From Eledone cirrhosa (taxonomy: Eukaryota): 64,000 bases of DNA. The notes under the pieces are model-generated. The model was not told the DNA's origin and did not search any database. It saw only the letters and a program-made list of their open reading frames with translations. Shown piece after piece: positions 52,625-64,000 of the stretch. How positions within the stretch are numbered: the stretch's first letter is position 1; the number at the start of each line of letters is the position of its first letter. A program made the position numbers and the translations under genes. The stretch lies in NCBI GenBank assembly GCA_964016885.1, contig OZ024742.1, positions 313,906,001 to 313,970,000 on the forward strand. The letters are read 5' to 3'.

Positions 52625-55600
52625 TGTGATAATGGACGTCTTTCACATCGGCTCTTCGATTTTGGATTACTACTTTGTTATTTGTGAGTGTGTTATTTGA
52701 ATTTTGTTATTACAGTCTGGAAGAATCGGGCAAAGTGCTTTTGAAAGGCCTTACACATCTGCTTAGATTCAAGGATCACCCGTCCATCCTGGTCTCGCAA
52801 AGACCGGATAGTGGATCTAATCCCTCTTTTGGATTCTGTCACGTCACGCGGGTCCAGCTAACATCTTTGGTCCCCTCGTTTCCCAGAGCACGTATTTTGC
52901 TTCGGACAACGCAGCCTTCGTGCTTCGTGTCAAAGAACTGGCCCAAGGCCGTTCTCGACGCTAGCACTCTGGCCACGTCGCCGCTTCTAATTGCCTCTTC
53001 TACACTATCTACCAACTCCCTTTCCTTCCTATTTCTATCTGAGGCTTTGAGGATTTAGTAAGGAGTTAGTAAGGAGTTAGCTACTCTAATCTCTCTTTTG
53101 AGAGATCCTCACCACCTGCTGTTGCTTCCGTCAACCGCTCCTTAACTAAAGTACTAATCCGGTCCCTGTACACTTTACTTGCCGGTAAGGACAAGTTCAG
53201 TTTCCAGTACTGGGTCCCTGTCTATGGGTTCTATCAAGGTTGAGTATGCAGGTCACTAATTTGTGATCCGAATAGCCAACCATGAGCATCTCTGGACAGC
53301 TTAAAAGGTCCCTATCCTTATTTCTAACTAGGACCCTATCTAGGTACGACCTAGATGATCCGCTGTGGTTTGCTCAAGTCCAGGTTGGCGCAGTCGGATA
53401 ATCTAGTCGATATCTATCGGCCAGGTCAAATCGGCCGATTAACCCCTTGAGGCTGTTATACCCCCCTCTATCGGGACATGCCCCTACATAGTCCCAACGT
53501 GCATCCAGGATACCATTCCAGTCCCCCACTAAAAGCAAGAAGCGCGACGTCCCCAGAAAAGTCTCCAGACGTTGGAAGAAGTCCGGCCGCGCTGACCCAA
53601 AAGGGGCGTAGGCGGCGACCAGCCTAAAGGCTCCACCTTCACCACTGCCAGCGTCTAAGACCACCAGTCGACGCTCCGGGTCCAGGTGTACCGTCTGTGT
53701 GGTGAGACCCAGATGTTTTTACAGCTGAACGACAACCCCACCCCCACCTCCGGGCTGACAGAGAGATCTGTGCATCTCAAAGTCATCAAAGGTGGGGGCT
53801 AGTTGGCGCACGCTGCTGATCCGGGTCTCGCAAATAACCATCACATTTATACCGCATGACCTGAGGTCATTTAGAAGCTTAGTTTGCTCCAAACTGCGCC
53901 CAGGCCACGCGTATTCAGGCAACCCACTCTCAACACAGCCATGTTGGCGGCGAAGGGGAAGAAAAAAGAAAACACACCTACCTCTCTACATCCCGGGGTC
54001 CGGGCCGCGGAACTTCCATGGGGTGGGGGAGGGGTCGTTGGGTGGGGTGGTGGTTTGTGGTGGCGTGGGGGCATTAGTGTGTGGTGGGGTTGGGGTATTT
54101 GGAGTTGTATGGGTGTCTGAGGAGGACGGTGGGTAAACTTTTAAGAGGACGCGGTTAAACGGTTTGTTACAGGGGGGCCCTACGTCCTCTTTATAAACTT
54201 TTTTTAAGGTTTGATAAAGGTTCTCGGGGACCTTTATCATTTTGAGGTGTGGAGAGTCACCCACTGTCTTAAAATTTGGTGCAAACCGAAGGGTTACTGT
54301 TTATTATATTGAGCAGTTTTTTGTTTTGTTTGTTGATGTAAGTGTACTGTAATGTTTTTTTCTGTGACGCTGTTAGTGTTGTGTAATGGGGAGAGGTGCT
54401 TTGTGTTGTGTTGGTTTCTTCTGTGTGTGTTTGGTTTCTGTTAGTGATATGTTTCCTTTTTTTTCCTTTTTATTGGTCGGAACGGCTCTCCTTCATCTTC
54501 GCTATGCTCCGATGCAAGGAGGTTTTCGTCAGTGTTCGGGGGTAGGGGGATATTTTGTGGTAGTGTTGTGTTGATGCGTGTATTTGTGATTGTTTTCTGT
54601 GTGGGTGGCTGGGTGTGACTGTGATTTGTTTCGTGGTCTTTTGTTTTTATTGTTGTTGTGGTGGTGGTGATGGAGGTGGTGTTGTTGGTTCTTGTTGTCG
54701 TTGTGGTAGTGGCGGTGGTGGTGGTGTATTTTGTTGTTTTTGTGGTGTTGGTTGTTTTTGTTGTAGTTGTGGTGTTTGTAGCAGTGTTTTTTTTGTTGTT
54801 AGTAAAGGGCAGGCAGTCCTCAGGTGACCTCTTCCAGCGCAATGGTAACATGAGGGCCTCCTACCTTCCACCGTAATATTAATGAAAGTTCGACCATCCA
54901 GTAGTACTCGGTCGGGTATTCCGGCGATTCTCTCTGGTGTCATCTGTATGAGAACCTCCAGACTTTTCCCCCCGAACAGTCCACTGGTGGACTCACCTGC
55001 TGATACTAGAATGTCCTTTTCTAGGTCCGTGAATCCTGTCAGGACGGACCAGATGTCAACTTCTGGCGTTGAGCTCCACATTCTTAATCTTTGCGTTTTC
55101 TTCCCATATATGTGGGGAAGAAGGTGTATTGTGGTGACACTATAGATGCCACCGAGCATTTTCGAGCCAGAATTTGGTCCTTCATTCGGACCATAATGCT
55201 GGCATAAAGTTTTCCTCTTTCAATAAAGAGTATGTTCTTTATAATGTCTTTCAGAACCAGCTCAATTTGACTTTCTGTCAATTGAGTTGGTTTTCTTGTT
55301 GCGTTGGTTATAGTCCTGAAAGTTATAGTATTCCTATATACCTGTTGACGAACTTCTTTTGGGGAGTTTATCGTAAAAGAACCATCCTCACCAAAAGATA
55401 CGTATTTTCTGGCATTTAATAAGTTTTTCTGGCATTTAATAAGTTTTGCTTAGCGTTAGTAATGTCTATGGGTTTGTATTCGATCGTTTTTTTGACAGTT
55501 TGGGCAAAATAAATTTTGCTGTTTTTGTTGTTTTCGTTTCGTTCATTGTTGTTTGTTGTTGCAATGTTGTTAGTTTTATTAATTTCATTTGTTGTGGTAT

Positions 55601-57820
55601 TTTTTCCATGTTATCTTTTTCAAAATTTGGGTTTTCACTCAAATTAACAGACTTTTTCACTGTGTTTTCCATTCGAGAGGAGGGGTAGTTCAACAGTTTG
55701 AATTGTTGTTCCCTCTTTCTCGTTTTTTTTGGGGGGGGCGTGGCGTTAGCTTGCAATATGGCTTCATCGTTTTTAACGATATCAATAAACATTTTAAATT
55801 AAAGGTTTTCACCCGAAAAGGGGCGAAAATATATCTACCCTACGTCTACAGTCCCAGACTGTAGACGTAGGGTACATCATAGAGAGGGTTGGGAACGAAC
55901 CCGGCTTTGGTGGGGCCCTGATCAACTTGGATCAATCTAAGGCGTTCGATAGGGTCGACCATGGTTACCTGGATGCGGAGCTAGCGGCGGCAGGTTTCGG
56001 ACCCGTTTTCAGGGGCTGGATCACTGCCATGCACAGCAGCCGCATCTGCTCTAGAGTCAAGGTGAACGGCTACCTCTCGGAGCCGTTCGAAATCATGCGG
56101 TCCATCCGACAGGGGTGCCCTGTCTCCTCCCTTCTCTATGTATTGGCCCTCGAGCCACTGCTGCGGAAGTTGGAGTTGTTGCAGGGCATCCCTTTGGAAC
56201 CAGGATTGCGGAAAGCGGTGTCGGCCTACGCCGATGACGTAACAGTAATGGTGTCGACCAACTCGGAAATCGGGGCGATCGGCACCTTACTGGAGGAGTA
56301 CGAAAGGTTTACAGGGGCTAAGCTGAACCGGGACAAGTCGATCGGTTTGCAACTCGGCACGTGGAGGGGCAAACCGATGCCCTCCGATGGCGTCGTCGGA
56401 CGCTGGACGGAGGGCCCGGTGAATTTGTTCGGGGTCTGGTTCGGACCAGACCTCCAGGTGGAGAAGAACTGGGGTGAGGTAACGAACAGGGTGTTTGCGC
56501 TCACCTAGAAGTGGTCCGAGTGCAAACTATCCCTGAAAGGTCGGGCGGAGGTGGCAAACACTTATATAGCGTCCATCATCTACTACCGCCTGACCGTCGT
56601 GCCTTGCCCAAGGGAAATGCTCACCAAAATGGAGCGCGCACTCTTCCAATTCCTTTGGAAGAAGTGGGCTCCTTTGGTGAGGAGATCCATCTGCTGTCAA
56701 CACCCTTCGAAAGGAGGATTGGGGATGCCGTGGCTACTGATGCGTAAACACGGCACCTCCAGGTATTCCTCACCGGTCAACCGGTGTGGGCCCCGTTTGT
56801 GAGACGAAGCTTTCCAAGACTGGTCTCACTCACCGAGCTGCAATCCTGGGTCAAGCAAAGACCAGGAAAACTGGGCGCCTGGCACGCTGAGTGTGCCCAT
56901 GCGCTCACGGCTCTCTGACAGGCGGACCCGGCTATCAGTGGAGACTCCACCTCGAGATTCTATAGAGGGCTGGTGCGCAGTAGGTGCGATGACGTCCCCG
57001 AAGAAGCCCTAGACATGGAGGAAGACGAACTGGCCAGCTTGTTCGGTAGGACATTTAGCCCGGAACCTATGGGCAACTTCCAGATGTCTCTGGCCTGGCA
57101 GTGCTACTGAGGGGCTCTGCCCGTTCGAGAAAAGCTCTACAGACACGGGCGCCCGGGTAGGAACCCCGCCAAAAAGATCTGTCCCAGATGCGTGTGCGAC
57201 GAGGAAACCGTTGCACACGCATTGGTACACTGCTCGGGCGTAGCCGATCTGTGGGGCTATGTCGAACAACTGCTGTCAAGGGTGAGACCGATCCGGTTGA
57301 CCACCGAGTCTATTGTAATGATCAAGCCGCCTCCCCGCTTCAAAGATGAAGGAGAGGCGGTGTTTCTGTGCGTAATAGCCATGGTGAAAGAAGTTGTATG
57401 GTGGACGCGTCTGAAAGGACTGAGGTCAGACACCTTTCTCTCTGGCCAACAACTGGTCCGTTTCTTCCGATATCATTTCGGAAGAAGGATCAGGATGGAG
57501 AGAGAGGTACTCCACCCCAGTCGTTTTTATGAAAGATGGGTGAAAGTGGCGAGAATGGCCCGTGTGAATGGGCCTTCTCTCTATATCAGCCTGTAGGTGA
57601 AAAAGATGGAAGAACAAGGGAGCACCCTCTCTCTGTGCTCCTGAGGAGAAGGGTTGCACACTTTTTCGGGGGTGTCTGCGACCCCCCAAAACGCCTCCTC
57701 CCTATTGAGGACTTTATTGTTAATTATATTTGTTATTTGTTTTTTACTCGTTCTTTTGTGTACCCCCTCCCCCTTGTATTTGTCCCCTTCTTTTGTGCCC
57801 TCGTGGCAATAAATAGAAAT
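52625..57820 (+). mobile_element. Second Tx1 LINE with internal inversion: 5' end plus (52625-52720), ORF1+EN minus (52716-55856), RT-3' end plus (55872-57820)
   Basis: 5' motif TTCACATCGGCTCT shared with copy 1; minus-strand CYHCAGRGHLRTAC and VGDWN; plus-strand YADD and CCHC; (ATCT)n at both ends. Confidence 0.92.
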
Positions 57821-57945
57821 TTATCTATCTATCTATCTGTCGACCTGTCTGTCTATCTATCTCTGATTGTATATGTCTCTGTTTATATTTCCTGATTTAT
57901 AGAGATTATTCTATTTATGCACACACACACACATACACACACACA

Positions 57946-58072
<127 letters not shown>

Positions 58073-58086
58073 ACACACATACACAC

Positions 58087-58148
<62 letters not shown>

Positions 58149-60339
58149 GAGCACACACACACACAAACACATACACGCAGACATACACCACACATAGACA
58201 CTCACACATACACACACATACATATTAGTCATAACAGAAAAGAAAATTAATACCATCTGTAATATACCAAAACAGTTTATATCAAATTCACATTACCCCT
58301 TCCTCCACCCACCTTAATCTTCCTTTCACGTACAACGTATCTAAATTCCAATTAACCATATTAAGGCAACGAAAGTAGATGACATTCCTGATTGGAGCAT
58401 GGAAACCATTTTCATTGCTGATACGATCTGTCAGTCGCATCTTCCGACAGAAACATCATCACTTTTCGAGTGTTTAGAGGCAGAATTTTAAATGAGAATG
58501 CAAGTACTGCAATAAATCTCACCTTAATGCGTTAACATTTCCACTAATCCACAACCCTTCGATTGGTACTTTCTTTATCGACCCCAAAAAGATGAATGGC
58601 AGAGTTGATCTCGGAGGGATTTGAACATTAAGTTTAGATGACTTGAAGAAATACGGAGGTATTTAATCTGACGAAATAATTGTTTCTACTTTTGGCACAT
58701 GGCCAGCAATTACTCAGTGTATTACTGACGAAATAATGGCACATTTTAGATAATTAAAGGAGTAAAATAACATATTAAACCGATATGTTCAGCATTGTCA
58801 AAAGTGTTACGCTTATACAGCTTAGAACGTACGCTGATAGTTGACGTGCCTGAGGAATACTCAACCACTTTCATTAAAATTCACTAAGTAGGCGTTTAGT
58901 GTGTATATGTGTGTGTATGTATACATACAAAGGGCGCAGGAATTCAGCAGAATAAACGGTCACCCAAATAGTATTTTTTTTTCATCTGGGAGCGAAACAC
59001 CTTTCTATGAGAGGGAAACTCTGAAAAAAAAAACAAAAAAAACTGCGGTTTCGGAAGCATCCGATGATGTTTCCCAGTTCTCCTTTACGAGTAGCGTTTT
59101 TCGATGCTCAGAGAGTGGGATTGGTCGAGTGCAAGGCCTTTACCCACTTAAAAAACCTTAACAGCATAGGCATTGCTTGTTCAGCATATGTTACAGGTTC
59201 GTGTGGTTGGCCGTAGTCTAAAAGTGCACCAAACTCTATAATCTGACAAGCGATTGCAATACTCTTAGCAGAGTTTGCAGCCATCATGTATACATGTATG
59301 GATGGTGATGCTGTCTATGGAATCGATGCTAATATTTCATGGGTAATTTAATGTAGATTTTCAAACGATGAAAGTTTACATTGTCAATGAATTCGAACCC
59401 TATACTATGTTGTCTAACCCGGAAGGATAAAAGCTAAAGTTGACCGCATCGAGATTTTAACTCAAAGCAAAAAAAAGAAAAACGCAACTAAACGCCAGAA
59501 GACATTTTGTTTGCTGATCTACTGGCTTTGTCTGCCACAGTAGACATAAATCTCTTGAAATATCATTGTTGAATCCACTAAAAATAGAGTATGTAGACCA
59601 AAGATGGTGGAGTGGCAGGCCAAGAAGATCGGAGAAAATGCATTGTAATATTTATTTATGACCCTTTACGTACTGATTTCAAATCCAAATAAGGTCAACG
59701 TTGCCTGTCAGCATTCTGGAGTCAATAAAACTGAGCTGTAATCCCGAACTTGAGACGATTTATCCGAAAGTACTCGCTCTCGATATTTGCGGCCTTGTTA
59801 AAAATTGATATCTAGTTACTCCCATTTACGTCAATTACTTCAAATATATGAGTGGTGTAATATGATCTGATAGATGTTTAAAGAAATTTCTAGAAATCGA
59901 TCAGAGTTAGCCGGATCAGTCATGTGTACATCTACGACGCCAAGCCCTATTACAATACCAACTACCAGTTTAGCTAAAAGTCGACAAATCTGTTGTAATT
60001 TCTATTTTATTGCGGATTTAAAATATAAATATACATGCGTTTTTATTTATAAATATAAATAGCATTACACATTCCTAAATATATTTTATTAATAATTAAA
60101 AATGGAAAAGGAAGGGAGGGGCAAGGGCTCTAAGGTCAGAAAAGAATGGGAGGGGAAGGGAGAGGGCGATGGGCTCTAGGCCTAGGGTGTGGCGGTGCTG
60201 GGGTTTCATCCGCGGACAAGACCGCAAAAGCATTCCCGCGGACAGTGGCCAGCGACACCATTGTATAGAAAAGCATATCCGCCAGCTTGAGATATTCCCC
60301 CAATTAATCATTAAGGTCTGTAATGGGAATCATTTGGTT

Positions 60340-60519
60340 GCACAATGAGAACAAGATTGTTGGATAGCAGCTATAAGTTCGGCTGGTCTTGCTTGCGGAT
60401 CTAGCCGGATCAGTTGGAAACGGTTGCTTCTGACAGGATCCGATGGAAGGAGTGTTTGAGGATTCTGCCCCCACGGCCCTCTCAGGAAGAAGAAGAAGAA
60501 GAAGAAGAAGAAGAAGAAG

Positions 60520-60548
<29 letters not shown>
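60340..60548 (+). mobile_element. RTE-like LINE 3' tip with (GAA)n tail
   Basis: ETVASDRIRWKECL-type terminus followed by a long (GAA)n tract. Confidence 0.55.
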
Positions 60549-60551
<3 letters not shown>

Positions 60552-60934
60552 GATATCTCATTACAGAAATAATTGTAGAAACGTTAGTAAGGCATATTTG
60601 GACAACCAGAGTAAAGTACATCTTTAAAGAAAGCCTATAGAAATACACTGGTTGTATATGAAGGAGGAATGAGAGAACAGAAAATACATTAAATACATTG
60701 ACATGGATGAACGTGGAAAACGGAAACTGTAGGCATCCAACGAAACATGTGAACCCTTCAATCTACTAAAAGCACAAAATAACACAAGAAACATAAAAGG
60801 CATCTCACGAGAATCGATATATGTTGGAATTTGTTGGAATCCGGACAATGATCAGTTATGTTATAAACAATTGATGGAGTGATTTTTTGAGTGCTATACA
60901 CCATCTGATATTGTTAGAAGGATGTACGTTCTAC

Positions 60935-61007
<73 letters not shown>

Positions 61008-61160
61008 ATGATTCAGGATCCCGACAGCTGAGCTCCGGCCGTTTCGACAGCTAGATCCTTCGGGGTCCTGTATCTTTTCATATTACCCACTCTACTACCC
61101 CAAGTATCGAGTACTCTGGTGCGTTATGGTCCACCTGGTATCTTACCACACCCTCTTTGT

Positions 61161-61203
<43 letters not shown>

Positions 61204-61751
61204 ATATATATAAATGTATATATATATGTATCATTTATATATATATATACGTGTGTGTGTGTGGGGGGGGGGGTATGAGTCCCGGTTTCAGTCGGGGGTA
61301 GAGTGTATACAACAACATTTAATATCGAAATAGCTTCTACAGGACTAGAACTCTTTCATTTGAAGGAAATAACCAGGAATGATTTCCTTCGAATGAAACA
61401 GTTCTACTCCTGTAGAAGCTCTTTCGATATTAAATTTTGCTTCATATATGCATATTTGTATATACATATATACATATTTGTATACAGCTATCTTCGAAAC
61501 TAAATTCTAATTCTATTCTATTGTAACTTACAAGAGCGGTGGAGATCGTCCTGACGAGAATCAGTTGAGTTCAAAATGCACCGACGATTGTCCCCCTTGC
61601 TTCTGCTGGACACCGCTGGGTGGTGTTAGCTGCCTGTGTTTTTGCATAGCTACGGCTTTCTAAATGTTTATTTATAAACATACCGTATTTCTTTAGAAAA
61701 TACGGAATTCAAATACAGATTTTTATAGAGTTACGTTCGAAGCTAAATTCT

Positions 61752-61846
<95 letters not shown>

Positions 61847-61858
61847 TCTCTCTCTCTC

Positions 61859-61889
<31 letters not shown>

Positions 61890-61942
61890 TTCTCGGACCC
61901 ATGGGTTTTCGGACCCATGACATATTCCTTTGTTATATTCCA

Positions 61943-62000
61943 ATACCTGATGATATCACCGGATTCATATGGAACCCGGTCATTGAAATGATCATAGTAT
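61943..62000 (+). ncRNA. Type I hammerhead ribozyme (repeat 1)
   Basis: ATAC-CTGATGA-T-ATCACCGG..CCGGTCAT-T-GAA-ATGATCAT-A-GTAT. Confidence 0.82.
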
Positions 62001-63834
62001 AATAAACCTTTCAAGGATTTACACCAGTCCAGCCTCCTGTTATTTTATTTATAATTAACTCCGTATTCGCACCACCAACTACACAAACGAAGACGGGTGA
62101 ACTGCACTGCGTTGAGTACTCTTCATAATATTACACCAGGATTGACCATACGGAATGACCAGTTCTATCCAGTGGTGAATCAACAAACCTAAAGAAATAA
62201 TGCTCCTATAATGTTGAACACTTCAAAATGTAATATTGAACAGCGTAACTGACTTCAGTGTACAGCTATTACCAGCATGGGATTAACTGATCTACTTACC
62301 ATTCGGATTTTGGCTTATCTACCGCCACCTGATACTACTTCCTTGTCGGGATGATTCCGATTCCGACAAAACTCTACGTATTATACTAAAACATGTATTG
62401 TATTGATTGAATTCTCTACTCTATACCTCAGGACTTTTTGTGACTCGCACTGAATTCGGAACCCGAACTTTACACTAGGTACAACCTGTCACCATTCCAT
62501 CTCCTCCATCCTCTATATCTATATGTACAACTTGTATTATCTTACTACAACTTGATCCATATTGATTCTTATTTACGTTTATTAATTTTTTTACTATCTC
62601 ATTAATGTATATTTTATTAATTTTTTGTTGTTATTTTATTAATGTATTTTTATCAATGTACTATCTTTATATTGGTATTTTATCTTTGTACGCTGCTTTT
62701 ATAATTTTTTCGTATTTTTTTTTTTTGTAACTTTTCCTTACTCAGGTCATTATGCACCTTTCACAGCCCCCTACCCACCTAAGAACCACACTACCTATAA
62801 CCCGGACTAACTGGAACTCTAAAATAATTTTGGTCTATTTGCACTTTTCATTGGGTTGTTACCTTCGACTTGTGTGGTGGCTTTTTCCCGGCTGCGCGCT
62901 GGGCACTCGGTAAGTTCAGCCTTCCTTGAGTGCTCGGAAAAGTAAATTTCTCCTCTTTCGGTAAATGAAATTACTCGGAGCGGATTGCTTTGCCCCGGTC
63001 CCACCGCGTCCCCTGTTTTGGCCGCCACATTATACTTGTACCTACAAACTCCAGGTTTGGGCATAACTATTAGCTGTATCATGCCTCTACTGACACGTAA
63101 ATAAACCCCTAATGTGTGATTTAATAGTATTCGTGGTATAGACGATGGCCTGTCGAAATTGTGGAGTTCCCGCTAGCGATCCCGGGGCCAAAGTTAGCTA
63201 CGTTCCTAGAGTACTCGGAAAAATTAATTTCCATTTCCTTCGCTGGACGATACCACTCGAGACTGGCTGACTCATGTTGGTGGGTGTGTTGGCTGGGACT
63301 CCCAATCGAAATCTTTACTCTATATCCCATCCTAATATCTTATCGAGTTAAACATTTTTTTCATATAAGACTCTCTCCGTAAGTTCATTAAATATTAAAT
63401 AAATAAATCTCGCTACCTCTATTTTTCAATTTACCATTTTGCAATTTAATATTTTTAATTTAATTTAATTTCATCCTATAACTCGCAATATAAGTTTAAC
63501 GTTCCAATCTTCGGTTCACACATTAGACCATACAGACACCCATTATAGATTCTTTGGGTAGCATTTTTTTTTTCGCGGCATTTTCTAACATGAATGTAGT
63601 TTGACCCTTACACTACACTTCTTTCTCCCTTTCTTTCTTCCCCTTCTTCTTTGACGGAGTGGTGGTAGTATATTCGCCCCCTCACCAGATATTCACTGAT
63701 AGTTTTCAGTTGCCAACACTTTGAGGGCGGCTGGTTGCGAAGCTAGTTGGTCAGCCGTCCTCTCTGTCTCTGGTTTCTCGGACCCATGGTTTTTCGGACC
63801 CATGGCTTTTTACATATTCTTTTGTTATATTCCA

Positions 63835-63892
63835 ATACCTGATGACATCACCGCATTCATATGGAAGCCGGTCATTGAAATGATCATAGTAT
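63835..63892 (+). ncRNA. Type I hammerhead ribozyme (repeat 2)
   Basis: ATAC-CTGATGA-C-ATCACCG..CGGTCAT-T-GAA-ATGATCAT-A-GTAT. Confidence 0.8.
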
Positions 63893-63938
63893 AATAAACC
63901 TTTAAAGGATTTACACCAGTCCAGCCTCCTGTTATTTC

Positions 63939-63976
<38 letters not shown>

Positions 63977-64000
63977 AGTGATTCGAGCGCAAGGAGTTTC

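Larger units (their letters stand above)
61889..63937 (+). mobile_element. ORF-less unit bounded by about 160-bp HHR-containing direct repeats (non-autonomous PLE or retrozyme-like)
   Basis: Direct repeats 61889-62045 and 63774-63937; flanked by (TA)n and (AG)n; no ORF longer than 90 aa inside. Confidence 0.8.

Noticed and set aside
60185-60260. GC-rich stem TCCGCGG/CCGCGGA next to GAAAC on the minus strand
   Set aside because: No CUGANGA core at the required position; cannot be called a ribozyme

Overview
AT-rich, microsatellite-dense metazoan non-coding DNA. The SINE families and the (TA)n/(CA)n density suggest a cephalopod (octopus-like) genome; this is an inference. I found no host exon that I can support, and nearly all short ORFs are translated microsatellites. 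The window is dominated by mobile elements: a near-intact Ty3/Gypsy LTR element (17479-23051, minus); a disrupted Penelope-like element (PLE) with RT and GIY-YIG (about 40.6-43.1 kb, minus); a head-to-tail array of Tx1/L1-clade LINEs all anchored in (ATCT)n (44.7-57.8 kb, plus one copy at 26.7 kb); a non-autonomous Helitron carrying a 37-bp minisatellite; RTE, mariner and hAT relics; and many tRNA-type SINEs. The most unusual layer is invisible in the ORF track. About ten type I hammerhead-ribozyme (HHR) folds can be read by eye. Many sit inside fold-back palindromes embedded in (TA)n. Two of them bracket a 1.9-kb ORF-less unit as direct repeats (61.9-63.9 kb), which resembles a retrozyme or non-autonomous PLE. 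All ribozyme calls are manual folds and are untested.
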